The notes: a model not told the origin generated them from the letters alone. A stretch of DNA of 64,000 bases from Occultella glacieicola (GCF_004353825.1 NZ_SMNA01000002.1:372001-436000); one strand, 5' to 3'. Shown: positions 30,621 through 40,961, numbered from the stretch's first letter. Numbers and translations are program-made.

Positions 30621-30646
30621 GGAACAATCGGACGGGGTCCCTGGTT
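30621..30646 (+). promoter_or_regulatory. SigR/SigH-type ECF promoter of mycoredoxin
   Basis: GGAAC-N18-GTT. Confidence 0.6.
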
Positions 30647-30717
30647 CGCCTCCATGAGGACACCGTGCCGCCGGAACATCCGAGCGGCGCCCACCGATCG
30701 CAATCCGGAGGATTCCG

Positions 30718-30978
30718 TTGAGCACCACCGCACCCGAGGCCGGCACCATCACGATGTACAGCACCACCTGGTGCGGGTACTGCCGTCGGTTGAAGACGCA
30801 ACTCAAGCGTGCCGGGATCGCCTACACCGAGATCAACATCGAGGAGGATGCGGGCGCCGCGGCGTTCGTGGAGCAGGTCAACGACGGGAACCAGACGGTG
30901 CCCACGATCCTGTTCCCGGACGGATCGGCGGCGACGAACCCGTCGCTCGCCCAGGTGCAGGAGCGCCTCGGGGCATGA
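30718..30978 (+). CDS. mrx1: Mycoredoxin-1 (glutaredoxin-like)
   Basis: MYSTTWCGYC active site, GNQTVPT, TNPS; GGAGG RBS before TTG. Confidence 0.92.
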   Translation: MSTTAPEAGTITMYSTTWCGYCRRLKTQLKRAGIAYTEINIEEDAGAAAFVEQVNDGNQTVPTILFPDGSAATNPSLAQVQERLGA

Positions 30979-30999
30979 CCTGCGGTCTGGCGCCGGGAC

Positions 31000-31968
31000 T
31001 CAGGCCCAGCGCCGGCCGGCCCGGGCCTCGGGCAACGGTTCGCCGTACCACTCCTCGATCAGGCTCCGCGCGATCGACGTCGGACGCGGGAGCCGGATCG
31101 CGCCCGTGGTCCACGCCTCCCGCAGCTCGTCGGCGGAGTAGAACCGCGCCTCGGTGATCTCCTCGCCGTCCGGACGGACGTCGGTGCCCGTCGCTCGACC
31201 GGCGAAACCGACCATCAGCGAGGCCGGGAACGGCCACGGCTGACTCGCCCGGTAGGTCACCTCACCGACGACCACGTTCGTCTCCTCGAACACCTCCCGG
31301 CGCACCGCCGCCTCCAGCGACTCCCCCGGCTCGACGAAGCCGGCCGGCACGGAGAACTGACCCTCGGGCCATTGCGGGGCGTGCCCGAGCAGGATCCGAC
31401 CCGCCTCGTCGGAGATCGCCATGATCACGGCGGCGTCGGTGCGCGGGTAGTGCAGCGACTCGTCGGCCGGGCAGCGGCGCACCCAGCCGCCGTCGATCAC
31501 CTCGGTCGGTGTGCCACACCTGGGGCAGTGCGTGTGGGTGCGGTGCCAGTTGGCCAGGGCGAGCGCCCCGACTGCTAGCCCGGCGTCCCGGTCGCCGAGC
31601 TGCCAGCCGATGTCCCGGAGAACGGCGTAGGACGGTGGCGGGGACACGGTCGACCCCTGCGGGTCGTCGGTTCGGCGGTCCAGGTCGCCGGCGGCCGGGC
31701 GCGGTCCCGCACCGAGTACCTGGGCCAGGTAGGCGGCGTCCTCGTCGCGCCCGAGGTAGAGGAGGCCGGCTCCGGGCACCCGGTCCGACGGCGGCACGAA
31801 CGCCAGCGCTGCGTCGTCGCTCCCGGCGGTGGCGACCCGGTCGCCGTCGATGGTCAGCACGCGCGTCGAGGGCTCGGCGAGCAGGTCGTCGAGCAGGCCC
31901 GGGCGGACCCGCGCGTGCCCGTCCCGATCGACGCTGGCGCGGGCGAGGGGCAGGTGATCGGAGTGCAC
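31000..31968 (-). CDS. nudC: NAD(H) pyrophosphatase
   Basis: HCPRCG, YPRTDAAVI, AGFVEPGESLE...REVFEE, SQPWPFPASLM. Confidence 0.94.
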   Translation of the reverse strand: MHSDHLPLARASVDRDGHARVRPGLLDDLLAEPSTRVLTIDGDRVATAGSDDAALAFVPPSDRVPGAGLLYLGRDEDAAYLAQVLGAGPRPAAGDLDRRTDDPQGSTVSPPPSYAVLRDIGWQLGDRDAGLAVGALALANWHRTHTHCPRCGTPTEVIDGGWVRRCPADESLHYPRTDAAVIMAISDEAGRILLGHAPQWPEGQFSVPAGFVEPGESLEAAVRREVFEETNVVVGEVTYRASQPWPFPASLMVGFAGRATGTDVRPDGEEITEARFYSADELREAWTTGAIRLPRPTSIARSLIEEWYGEPLPEARAGRRWA

Positions 31969-32039
31969 CCGTTCACCGTAGATCAGACGCGCCGATGCGG
32001 CGCACCCTGCTCGGCGGGCCGGTCGCCTACCGTGGGGTT

Positions 32040-33335
32040 GTGTCCGATTCGAATCCCTCCCGGTCCCCCCTCGCCCTCGCCGCGCTGGCGACCGTCGCCC
32101 TGCCGGGGCTCGACGTGGTCGCCACCCGGCCGCCGCGCACCCCTGGAGCGGACTTCGACGTGGTGGGCGTGATGGACGCCACCGGTTCGCGGTGGATCGT
32201 CCGTTCCCCGCGGGACGCCGCCGCCGGGGCTGCGCTCGAGGGCGAGGTCGCGCTGCTGGAGGCGCTCGGGCGGGCCAGCGACGACGGTCTGCTGACGTTC
32301 GAGGTGCCCGAGCCGGCCGGTTTCGCCCCGCTCCCCGAGGGTGGCCGCGCGATGGTGTATCCGGAACTGCGCGGCAAGCCGCTGCCGATCGAGCGGCTCG
32401 CGGCCGGCCCCGGCCTGGCCGCCCAGGTCGGCCGGGCCATCGCAAGCCTGCACGAGCTGCCGGAATCGGTGGTCGCCGATGCCGGCCTGCCCACCTACGA
32501 CGCGGACGCCTACCGGGCCCGCCGCCTCGCCGAGGTGGACGAGGCCGCCGCCACCGGGCACATCCCGGCGGGACTGCTGCGCCGGTGGGAGCACGCCCTC
32601 GAGGACGTCACGCTCTGGCGGTTCCGGGCCACCCCGGTGCACGGGGACCTCGCGGCCGAGCATGTTCTGGTCGACGACGACGACGTGGTCGCGATCCTCG
32701 ACTGGTCCGACGCCCGCGTCGCCGATCCCGCGGACGATCTGGCCTGGCTGCTGGCCGCCGCACCGGAGGAGTCCCTGGACGCCATCCTCGAGGCCTACGC
32801 CTTGGCCCGGACGGAACGGGCCGACGAGCATCTGGCCGCGCGCGCGCTGCTCGCGAGCGAGCTGGCGGTGGCCCGCTGGTTGATGCACGGCGTGCGCCAC
32901 CGCGACGGAGCGATCATCGACGACGCCGTCCAGATGCTGCGGGAGCTCGACGAGGAGGTGGCCGACCTGGCGCCGATCGGCTACGCCGAACCCGTGGTTG
33001 CGGACGTCACACCGCTCGGTGACGACGACGCGGCGGACGGGTGGGATGAGGACGAGCCGGACGGGTGGGACGAGGCGGCCGACGACGACGAGGACGACGA
33101 GGACGCGGAAGAGGAGCATCCCGACCACGCCGACGGCGATCTCGAGTGGTCGTCCGCCGCGGTGGTGGCGCCGTCACACCGGGCGGGCGAACTGACCGGT
33201 GACGACTCCGACACGGCCGAGCACCCCGTGGTCGCGGACTCGGGCGAGTTCCAGGTGCCCGACTACCGGCGCGGCCGGCCACGGCGCGGGTTCGACGACA
33301 CACCGACCGCTGAGTTCCCGCCGCAGGCGCCCTGA
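32040..33335 (+). CDS. APH-family (macrolide phosphotransferase-like) kinase with acidic C-terminal tail
   Basis: RSPLALAALAT N-terminus, VHGDL, ILDWSD, DPADDLAWL. Confidence 0.85.
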   Translation: MSDSNPSRSPLALAALATVALPGLDVVATRPPRTPGADFDVVGVMDATGSRWIVRSPRDAAAGAALEGEVALLEALGRASDDGLLTFEVPEPAGFAPLPEGGRAMVYPELRGKPLPIERLAAGPGLAAQVGRAIASLHELPESVVADAGLPTYDADAYRARRLAEVDEAAATGHIPAGLLRRWEHALEDVTLWRFRATPVHGDLAAEHVLVDDDDVVAILDWSDARVADPADDLAWLLAAAPEESLDAILEAYALARTERADEHLAARALLASELAVARWLMHGVRHRDGAIIDDAVQMLRELDEEVADLAPIGYAEPVVADVTPLGDDDAADGWDEDEPDGWDEAADDDEDDEDAEEEHPDHADGDLEWSSAAVVAPSHRAGELTGDDSDTAEHPVVADSGEFQVPDYRRGRPRRGFDDTPTAEFPPQAP

Positions 33336-33372
33336 CCCGGGCGCATGCGGAGTTGACTCACACGCAGTGGAC

Positions 33373-36300
33373 TCACCAGAGCGTGTCGGCCACGATCTCC
33401 ACCTGCGGACGACGGGCCCGGTCCGAGCGGTCGACCCGGGCCCGCGGCCGCGCGGACAGCACGGTCTCCGGGCCGACCTGGGCGAGCACCTCCTCGACCT
33501 CCCACTCGGAGAGATCCGCGCCGCCGACCGTGACGGACTCGGCGACGTAGTGGAAGGACGCCCGGACCCGACCCAGGGGTACGTCGTGCAGCCGTGACCA
33601 GGCGATCCGGTAGAGCGCCAGCTGCAGTTGCCGAGCCCGCAGTGCCTCGGGCGAGCGGGGCGCGGTCCCGGTCTTCCAGTCGACGATGTGGACCCCGCCG
33701 TCGGTCTCGCCGAATACCGCGTCGATCCGGCAACGGATCGTGATCCCCGCGACCGGGGTCTCGATGTCGACCTCCACGGCGAGCGGGGTCCGCGTGGCCC
33801 ACGGGGAGCCGAGGAACGCCTGCTGCAGGTCCGCGAGCGCGCGGTCCGCCGCGCCCGGCTCGTCGTCGGCGCCGGGAAGGGCGTCCATCTCGATCAGGGA
33901 GCTCGCCCCGAAGTACTGCTCCACCCACGCGTGGAACCGGGTGCCTCGCCGTGCGGCAACCGAGGGCTGGTGCGGGATCGGGCGCCGACGATTGCGGATG
34001 AACTCCTCGGCGTCGGCCGCGAGGGAGACCACGGCCGACGCGGACAGGTGTTCGGGCGGGGGGACCTGGGTGTGCCCGGCGGCCTCCCGCTCGGCGAGCA
34101 GCAGACGGGCGTCACGCCACCAGCCGGCACCGGAGGTGGTCACCGGCGCGTCGGGGCCGTCGGACGAGACGGCGTCCGCGTCCGCCCAGATCTGCTCCCA
34201 GCGGTCGGCGATCACGGCGCCGGTCTCCTGCTCCCGGGGCCAGTAGCCCTGCGCCTGCGCTCCCGTACCAGGATTCGACTCGTACGCCGACGCGGCCGGC
34301 CACTCACCGTCGGTCTCGACGAGACCGGCGCGGACGAGTTCGAGCAGGAAGACCGACGGCGCCGTGGGGGTCTTGCGGTCGGCGGTCCAGAAAGACCCGC
34401 TCAGCATCAGGGTTCGCTTGGCCCGGGTGAGGGCGACGTAGGCGAGGCGGCGCTCCTCGGCGAGGAGCCGCTCACCCTCGGCCTCCTTGAACTCGGCGAC
34501 CGCGAGATCCATCTCCTTGTGCGTGGTCGGGCCCTCGATGTCCAGCTCGGGGAGCCAGTCGGTGTCCCCGCGCAGCTCGTAGGGCAGGCTCGCGACGGCC
34601 GTCAGCCAGCCGTTCCGGGACGGGATGGACGGGAAGCTGCCCTCGTTCAGGCCGGCGACCACGACCGTGTCCCACTCCAGACCCTTGGCCGCGTGCACGG
34701 TCATGATCTGGATCGCGGTGGGATCCGGTTCCGCCTCGATCACCTCGAGGCCGCGCTCCTCGTCCTCGGCGACGTCGAGGTACGTCAGGAACGCGCCGAG
34801 GGTCGGGGAGTCCGAGTCACCGGCGAACGAGGCCGCGGCCGACGTGAACGCGTCGAGGTGGCGGCGGGCGTGGCCGACGCTGCCCGGGACGGACGCGAGG
34901 ACCTCGATGTCCAGGTCCAGGATCGTCTCGGCGGCCGTGACCAGTTCGGGCATCGACAGGTAGGTGAGGGACCGGATCTGACGGATCTGGCCGGAGAGCC
35001 GGGCGAGCCGCCGGCGCGCCCCGTCGCTGAGGCTCCGACCATCGGCGGTGCGCCACGAGGGAGGTGGCAGGACGTCCACGGCCTCCACGAGGGAGGCCTG
35101 CTCGGCTGCCTCGAGGACCACCGGTACCTCGTCGGCATCGTCGTCGGAGCGGGCCACCCACGTGCTCGCCTGCGACCGCGCCCACCGCGACAGCGCGTAC
35201 AGATCGGCAGCCCCGACGTTCACCGACCCACCGGTGAGCAGTCGCATCATCGCGTCCCCGCGGGACGGGTCGTGCGCGACCTGCAGGGCCGCACGGATGT
35301 CCGACACCTCGGGCGTGGACAGCAGCCCGGCCAGACCGACCACCTGGCAGGGCAGCCCGGCTGCGCGCAGCGCCGCCTCGATCACGGGGAACTGGGCGCG
35401 CTTGCGGCACAGCACGGCCGCGCTGGCCTGCTCGGGATGCCAGGTGTCGGCGAGCAGGTCGGCGATCCGCGCGGCCTCCTCCGGTGCGGTCTCACAGAAC
35501 GCGGCCACCGCACGGCCGGGACCGGCGCCGGGCCGGGCCCGCAGTTCGCGCACAGCCCCGCCGACGGAGGCGAGTTCCCGTAGCGGTCCGGCCGTGCGGT
35601 TGGCGGCAGTGAGGATGGCGACGTCGTTGCGCCACGCGGTGCTCAGGTGCGCGATCCGGGCCGGCTCCCCGGCGCCGTCGCTGAAGGCGGCCGGGAACGC
35701 GAACAGCGTCCCGGCCGCGGCGCCGCGCCACCCGTAGATCGCCTGGTTCGGGTCGCCCACGGCGGTCACCGGGTGCCCCCCGGCGAACAGCGCCCGCAAC
35801 ATCTGCACCTGCGCGATGGAGGTGTCCTGGTACTCGTCCAGGAGCACCACGCGGTACCGGGACCGTTCCGCCTCGCCGACCTCCGGGACGCTCGCGGCGA
35901 TGGTGGCGGCCAGGCGCACCTGGTCGCCGAAGTCGACGACGCCGTCCCGCTGCTTGCGCTGGGCGAATGCTCCCACGAGGTCCATCAGCTGGCCGCGGGT
36001 GCCCAGCGATCCGATCACCTTGAGGACCTGGGCCATCGGTGCCCGGTTCCGGCCGGTCGCCTCCTTGTCCGCGAGCGCGCCGGCGATCCGGTCGATCGCG
36101 GCCGCGGCCTCCCCGGGTTCGAGACCGTGCTCGCTGAGTTCGGCGGACAGCGCCGCGACCGCGTCGATGATGGTGGTCGGAGCGAGGCCGGTCTCGATGT
36201 CCCCGCTCCATGCGGTCACGATCTGCTCGGCGAGCTGGTAGCGGCCGGCGTCGCCGATCAGGGTCGCATCGGGGTCCACACCGATCCGCAGGGCGTGATC

Positions 36301-36666
36301 GCGCACGATCGCGGATGCGTAGGAGTTGTAGGTCGCGATCCGCGGCCGGTCCTCCACGGCGTCGCCGCCGTTCACCCCCACCCGGGCCAGCGCGCGCAGC
36401 CGCACCCGGATCCGGCCGGAGAGTTCCGCGGCCGCCTTCCTCGTGAAGGTCAGGCCGAGGATTTCCCCGGGCGCCACGAGTCCGTTCGCGACCAGGTGGA
36501 CGACCCGCGCCGCCATCGTCTCGGTCTTGCCCGAGCCGGCCCCGGCCACGACGAGCATCGGCTCCAGCGGTGCCTCGATGACCTCGGTCTGCTCCGCGGT
36601 CGGCGGCGGCTGTCCGAGCGCCTCCGCGATCCGCGCAGCGGTCCAGGTGTGGGTCTGCCCGGTCAC
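33373..36666 (-). CDS. adnB: AdnB-type UvrD helicase-nuclease
   Basis: AGAGSGKT, LDEYQD, HAAKGLEW, EERRLAYVALTRA; C-terminal PD-(D/E)XK RIDAVF...IVDWKTG; GTGA overlap with adnA. Confidence 0.9.
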   Translation of the reverse strand: MTGQTHTWTAARIAEALGQPPPTAEQTEVIEAPLEPMLVVAGAGSGKTETMAARVVHLVANGLVAPGEILGLTFTRKAAAELSGRIRVRLRALARVGVNGGDAVEDRPRIATYNSYASAIVRDHALRIGVDPDATLIGDAGRYQLAEQIVTAWSGDIETGLAPTTIIDAVAALSAELSEHGLEPGEAAAAIDRIAGALADKEATGRNRAPMAQVLKVIGSLGTRGQLMDLVGAFAQRKQRDGVVDFGDQVRLAATIAASVPEVGEAERSRYRVVLLDEYQDTSIAQVQMLRALFAGGHPVTAVGDPNQAIYGWRGAAAGTLFAFPAAFSDGAGEPARIAHLSTAWRNDVAILTAANRTAGPLRELASVGGAVRELRARPGAGPGRAVAAFCETAPEEAARIADLLADTWHPEQASAAVLCRKRAQFPVIEAALRAAGLPCQVVGLAGLLSTPEVSDIRAALQVAHDPSRGDAMMRLLTGGSVNVGAADLYALSRWARSQASTWVARSDDDADEVPVVLEAAEQASLVEAVDVLPPPSWRTADGRSLSDGARRRLARLSGQIRQIRSLTYLSMPELVTAAETILDLDIEVLASVPGSVGHARRHLDAFTSAAASFAGDSDSPTLGAFLTYLDVAEDEERGLEVIEAEPDPTAIQIMTVHAAKGLEWDTVVVAGLNEGSFPSIPSRNGWLTAVASLPYELRGDTDWLPELDIEGPTTHKEMDLAVAEFKEAEGERLLAEERRLAYVALTRAKRTLMLSGSFWTADRKTPTAPSVFLLELVRAGLVETDGEWPAASAYESNPGTGAQAQGYWPREQETGAVIADRWEQIWADADAVSSDGPDAPVTTSGAGWWRDARLLLAEREAAGHTQVPPPEHLSASAVVSLAADAEEFIRNRRRPIPHQPSVAARRGTRFHAWVEQYFGASSLIEMDALPGADDEPGAADRALADLQQAFLGSPWATRTPLAVEVDIETPVAGITIRCRIDAVFGETDGGVHIVDWKTGTAPRSPEALRARQLQLALYRIAWSRLHDVPLGRVRASFHYVAESVTVGGADLSEWEVEEVLAQVGPETVLSARPRARVDRSDRARRPQVEIVADTLW

Positions 36667-39600
36667 GGGGTCGCCTCCGTGGTGGCGCCGCCGAGGGGAC
36701 CGGTGACCCGAGCCCCTTCCGGCTGCGCCGGGCAGGAGGTCCGCACCGCGCAGGTCCGGCACAGCGGGCCGGGCTGCGCGACGAAGCCGGCGCCGGCCAT
36801 GGTCTCGGCCGCCCCGGCGAGCATCTCGGTGGCCCAGCCCGGGTCGGGATCCTCACGCAGCGGCGTCTGGTCCCGGGTCACCGCCCCGGACTTCGCGCCG
36901 GTGCCCACGTAGAGGAGCGCGGCGCCCGCACCGCGCTGCCCGTCACGGTCACCGAACGCGCCCTGCTCGACGGCCACCTGGTAGCTACCGAGTTGCGGGT
37001 TGCGGGCGGCGTCGGCGGCACTGATCGCGGTGCTGCCGGTCTTGAGGTCGACGATCCGCACCCCGGCGTCGGTGTGCTCGACCCGGTCCACCCGGCCCCG
37101 GAGGGCGACCCGGCCCAGGTCCGCGGCGAACTCGACCTCGGTCTCCACCGGTCCCGGGTGCGCTGCCTGGTAGCCGGCCAGCTTGCGGACCATCTCCTCC
37201 GCCCGGCCCCGGTCCCGGCGGCCGACCCAGCCGTCCCCCAGGTCCAGCTCGTGCCAGCGCGCGTCAAGTTCGGCGAGCAACTCGGCCTCGGTTCCGTGCG
37301 GCGCCGCCGCGGCGATCTCGTGGACGAGGTTGCCGAGGCTCTGCGATGCACTGTCCCCCCGGCGCCCGCCCGAGGTGGTCAGTGCCCAGCGCAACGGACA
37401 GGCTGCGACGGTCTCGACGGTGGAGGGGGTGACGGTGACCGGGATGCCCTCGCGCCAGAGCGGCTCGGCGGACGTCGGTGCGGTCAGCGCCGGCCAGGTG
37501 GCCGGGTCCGCGCCGGGCACGCGGTGTCCGGCCAGATGGGTGAGGACCGCGGCCGCCTCGGACGCTCGGGCCACCTCGTCGGCGCTCACGCGCGCCCCAC
37601 CGAGCACCGGGCGCACCGCCGCCCGGAGCTCGCCCACCAGGCCCCGCAGGTCCAGTGGGCTGGGCACCCCCCGGACGGCCGCGGACTCGGCGCCGTCCGG
37701 GGCAAGTGCCTCGAAGAACGCCGAGGGCCGGGCATCGGTGTCCAGGACCGCGGTGACCAGCAGGCACCGGCGGGCCCGTGAGCACGCCATCACGAACGTG
37801 CGCAGCTCCCCCTCGTAGACCTCGCGGCGTGCGCGTCGGTGCCGATCCGCGGCGATGGCACCCCCGCTGCCCCCGTCACCGTCGGCCGAGAGGTCCACGT
37901 GCCGAGCGGTGGCGATGTCGGCGAGGTCGGCGGCACCGAGGAGGGTGTCCCGGATGCGCAGGTCCGGCCAGGTGTCCTCCTGCACCCCGGCCACGACCAC
38001 GACGTCCCACTCCGCACCGGCCGCGCTCGCCGGGGTGTGCACCGCCACCGACTCACCGAGCTCACCGCGGGCGGCGAGGGTATCGGCCGGGAAGTCCTGG
38101 GCGGCCAGATGGTGCAGGAAACCCGCGGGTGTGGATCGGGCGGTGCGGTCCACGAACTGCTCGGCCGCACGGAACAGCGCCATGACGGCGTCCAGGTCCG
38201 CGTCCGCACGGTCGGCGGCCGCGCCGCCGGTGAGGGCGCGCTGCTGCCAGGTCGCGGCCAGGCCCGCAGTGTCCCAGAGGGCCCAGATCACCGTCTCGAC
38301 GCTGGACTCGGGGGCGGCCAGGGCCGCCCGTCCGGCGGCCAGCACGTCGGCCACCCGCTGCGGTCCGAGCCGGTGCCGGGTCGGCAGGCTCGCCGCGATC
38401 CCGGGCTCGGCGAGTGCCGCGGCCAGTAGATCGTCGGAGTGCCGGTCGCCGCCGTCGACCCGTTCGGCCTGGCGCAGCGCCCGTCGTAGGGACCGCAACG
38501 ACACCGGGTCCAGCCCACCGAGCGGGGACAGCAGCAGTTCCGTGCCGGCCACCGGATCGACGGCCCCGGCGAGCACGCACTCGAGAGCGATCAGCAGCGG
38601 CCGGACCGCGGGTTCGTCCCGCAGTGGCCGGTCCGGAGCCGCCATCGCGAGCGGGACCCCGGCGGTGCGCAGACCGCGCCGGATCGTCCCGATGTCCGAG
38701 CCCGAGCGCACGATCACCGCCATCTCGGCCCACGGCACCGCGTCGTGCAGATGCCGCTCCCGCAGTTCCCGGGCGATGAAGGCGACCTCCTGGGCCTGGC
38801 TCGCGAGCACCGCCGTACGCACCTGGCCGTCAGCAGGTCCCGCGGCGGCGCCGGCGCGCCGGCGCCGGGTCTCCTGCATCGTCGGCAGCGACGCGGTCAG
38901 CGTCGAGATCGCCCCGCGCAGCGGCTGCGGATGGCGCCAGACCGAGCCGAGGACATGCTCCGTGGCGCCCCACAGGCCCGGCGCCTCCGGGCCGGAGCCC
39001 GGTCCGCTCCGGGGCGGCGGCAGGGTCGCCGAATGCAGCAACGCCGGCACGCCACCACGGAATCCCTGGACCCCGATGTCCGGGTCGCCGAACAACGCGA
39101 GGCGAGTGCCGTCGTCGGCCATCGCGTCCAGGAGCCGGGCCGTGGCCATCGTGGCGTCCTGGTAGTCGTCGTGGACCACGAGCTCCCAGCGCGGGCGGGG
39201 CACCCCGGGCACCTCACGCTCCCAGGACCGCAGTGCGCCGACGGCCTCGTCGACGATGGTCGCGGCGTCGAAACGGGCGCCGCGGTCCGGTGTCAGCTCA
39301 CCGAGGGAGGTGACCTCGGTGTACTCGGTGAGCAACTGGCCCGCGGCCAGCCACTCCGGTCGGCCGTGACGCCGACCCCACTCCGCCAGGCCCGGACCGT
39401 CGAGGCCTGCCTCGGCGGCGCGCATCAGCAGGTCGCGCAGTTCGTCACGGAAGGCCCGCAGCGCCCGGGTCTGGGGCCCGACGGCGTTCGGCCAGTCGAT
39501 GTGGGCGCCCTCGCCCTCGAGGTGGCCGGCCAGGAGCTCGGCGAGCACCTGGTCCTGCTCGGGTCCCGTGATCAGTGTCGGCGCGGCCTGACCCCGGTGA

Positions 39601-39956
39601 CTCGCCCGCAGCCGGAGGATCGCGAACGCCACCGACGCGGGGGTCCGGACCAGGGCCGTGCCTGTGGTCCGCCGGAGCCTGCGCGCCACCTCGTCGCGGA
39701 GCACCGCCGCGCGTTGGCGGGTCGGCACCAGGAACAGGTGCGAGGGCTGGTTGCGCCCGGCGGACCGGGCCCCGGCCGGAACAGCGAAGGCGTCCACGAA
39801 CACGGCCAGGGCCGTCTGCGTCTTCCCGGACCCCGGCGCGCCGTGCACCACGTGGTGTCCGCCGGCGCCGATGGCCCGCCGCACCGACTCCTGTGCGGGG
39901 TCCAGCGAGCCCGCCGGATCCCACGCAGCAGGCGGGTGACGGGGTGCCGAACTCAT
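36663..39956 (-). CDS. adnA: AdnA-type helicase-nuclease
   Basis: GAPGSGKT, degenerate DDYQD; C-terminal GRVDRVE...IVDLKTG with Cys set CPLRW...CRTC...C. Confidence 0.9.
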   Translation of the reverse strand: MSSAPRHPPAAWDPAGSLDPAQESVRRAIGAGGHHVVHGAPGSGKTQTALAVFVDAFAVPAGARSAGRNQPSHLFLVPTRQRAAVLRDEVARRLRRTTGTALVRTPASVAFAILRLRASHRGQAAPTLITGPEQDQVLAELLAGHLEGEGAHIDWPNAVGPQTRALRAFRDELRDLLMRAAEAGLDGPGLAEWGRRHGRPEWLAAGQLLTEYTEVTSLGELTPDRGARFDAATIVDEAVGALRSWEREVPGVPRPRWELVVHDDYQDATMATARLLDAMADDGTRLALFGDPDIGVQGFRGGVPALLHSATLPPPRSGPGSGPEAPGLWGATEHVLGSVWRHPQPLRGAISTLTASLPTMQETRRRRAGAAAGPADGQVRTAVLASQAQEVAFIARELRERHLHDAVPWAEMAVIVRSGSDIGTIRRGLRTAGVPLAMAAPDRPLRDEPAVRPLLIALECVLAGAVDPVAGTELLLSPLGGLDPVSLRSLRRALRQAERVDGGDRHSDDLLAAALAEPGIAASLPTRHRLGPQRVADVLAAGRAALAAPESSVETVIWALWDTAGLAATWQQRALTGGAAADRADADLDAVMALFRAAEQFVDRTARSTPAGFLHHLAAQDFPADTLAARGELGESVAVHTPASAAGAEWDVVVVAGVQEDTWPDLRIRDTLLGAADLADIATARHVDLSADGDGGSGGAIAADRHRRARREVYEGELRTFVMACSRARRCLLVTAVLDTDARPSAFFEALAPDGAESAAVRGVPSPLDLRGLVGELRAAVRPVLGGARVSADEVARASEAAAVLTHLAGHRVPGADPATWPALTAPTSAEPLWREGIPVTVTPSTVETVAACPLRWALTTSGGRRGDSASQSLGNLVHEIAAAAPHGTEAELLAELDARWHELDLGDGWVGRRDRGRAEEMVRKLAGYQAAHPGPVETEVEFAADLGRVALRGRVDRVEHTDAGVRIVDLKTGSTAISAADAARNPQLGSYQVAVEQGAFGDRDGQRGAGAALLYVGTGAKSGAVTRDQTPLREDPDPGWATEMLAGAAETMAGAGFVAQPGPLCRTCAVRTSCPAQPEGARVTGPLGGATTEATP

Positions 39957-39962
39957 GCGGGC

Positions 39963-39984
39963 ATCACATCACGTGGAGCCGACA
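39963..39984 (-). promoter_or_regulatory. RecA-NDp / PafBC-type promoter of adnAB
   Basis: TGTCGG-N10-TGTGAT, 6 nt upstream of the ATG. Confidence 0.65.
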
Positions 39985-40035
39985 CCCGGGCGGTTCCCAC
40001 CCCACCGAGGCGGGACGCCAGCGGGTGGTGGACCG

Positions 40036-40806
40036 TCACGGATTCGGCCAGGGGTTCGGCAGGCAGCCCCCCAGGCTCATGCTCTGCTGCACCATGACGG
40101 GCGCGGGAGCGCCGGCCGCCGGGCACTGGGCATGCTGGTGCCCGAGCAGGTGACCCACCTCGTGCGTCACCAGGTACTGGCGGTAGGACGTCACGTCCCC
40201 GCCACCCTCCAGGAACGGGTCGGCGCCGTTCGCCCAGCGTTGCGCGTTCAGCGCCGCGTGTCCGTTGCGGCCACAGGAGTAGAGGGAGACCGTGCGCAGC
40301 GGGACGCACAGCTGGTCGATGCGGGTCGGCGAGGCCAGGACCACCCGCAGGTCCGCGTTGCCGTCGGTGCGCGCGAAGCTGATCGCTCCCCCGGCGCCCC
40401 AGCCGCGCGGGTCGTTGAGGACCTCCAGCACGAATTGAGCGAACGCCGCGCCGTCCACGGGCAGGCCGGCCTCGACCTCCACCCGGACCTGGAGCACCTC
40501 CGGGGCGTCGGGGACCGGCGCGGCCACCACGCCCGGGATGACCAGCAGCTCCCCGCCCAGGGTGGTGGGCACCGCCCGGTCGAGCACGCCGGCCCGGGCA
40601 TCCGCCAGCTCCTCCGGGCTCGGCGCCGGCACCGGCGTCGGCGGCGCCGGGCCGATGACCGCCTCCGGCCGGACCGGGTCGGCCGGACCGGACTTGGCCA
40701 GCCGCTCCGACGGGGGCCATCGATCCGAGAGCACGGTCGGCGCGATCACAAGGCCCGCGAGCAACCCCACGAGGAGGGCAGCGATCAACCAGGCCCGGGC
40801 ACGCAT
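40036..40806 (-). CDS. DUF3152 domain protein (exported metallopeptidase-like)
   Basis: Signal peptide or TM; LNDPRGW, YRQYLVTHEVGHLLGH, APVMVQQS, CLPNPWP. Confidence 0.9.
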   Translation of the reverse strand: MRARAWLIAALLVGLLAGLVIAPTVLSDRWPPSERLAKSGPADPVRPEAVIGPAPPTPVPAPSPEELADARAGVLDRAVPTTLGGELLVIPGVVAAPVPDAPEVLQVRVEVEAGLPVDGAAFAQFVLEVLNDPRGWGAGGAISFARTDGNADLRVVLASPTRIDQLCVPLRTVSLYSCGRNGHAALNAQRWANGADPFLEGGGDVTSYRQYLVTHEVGHLLGHQHAQCPAAGAPAPVMVQQSMSLGGCLPNPWPNP

Positions 40807-40961
40807 GGGTCCATGGTGTCATCGACCGGGACATAGACTCGAACCCGCAGCCGCACGCCGGAGGCGGACCACCGCCCGACGCACCGGCCCGCATCCGAAC
40901 GGCGCACGCGCCGGACCCCGCCGACCTGGCGGACGGCCGCCTGAGACTCGAGGAGAGCACC

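Noticed and set aside
33373..39956. Tandem helicase-nucleases as a novel defence system
   Set aside because: Architecture and context match the known AdnAB double-strand-break resection complex
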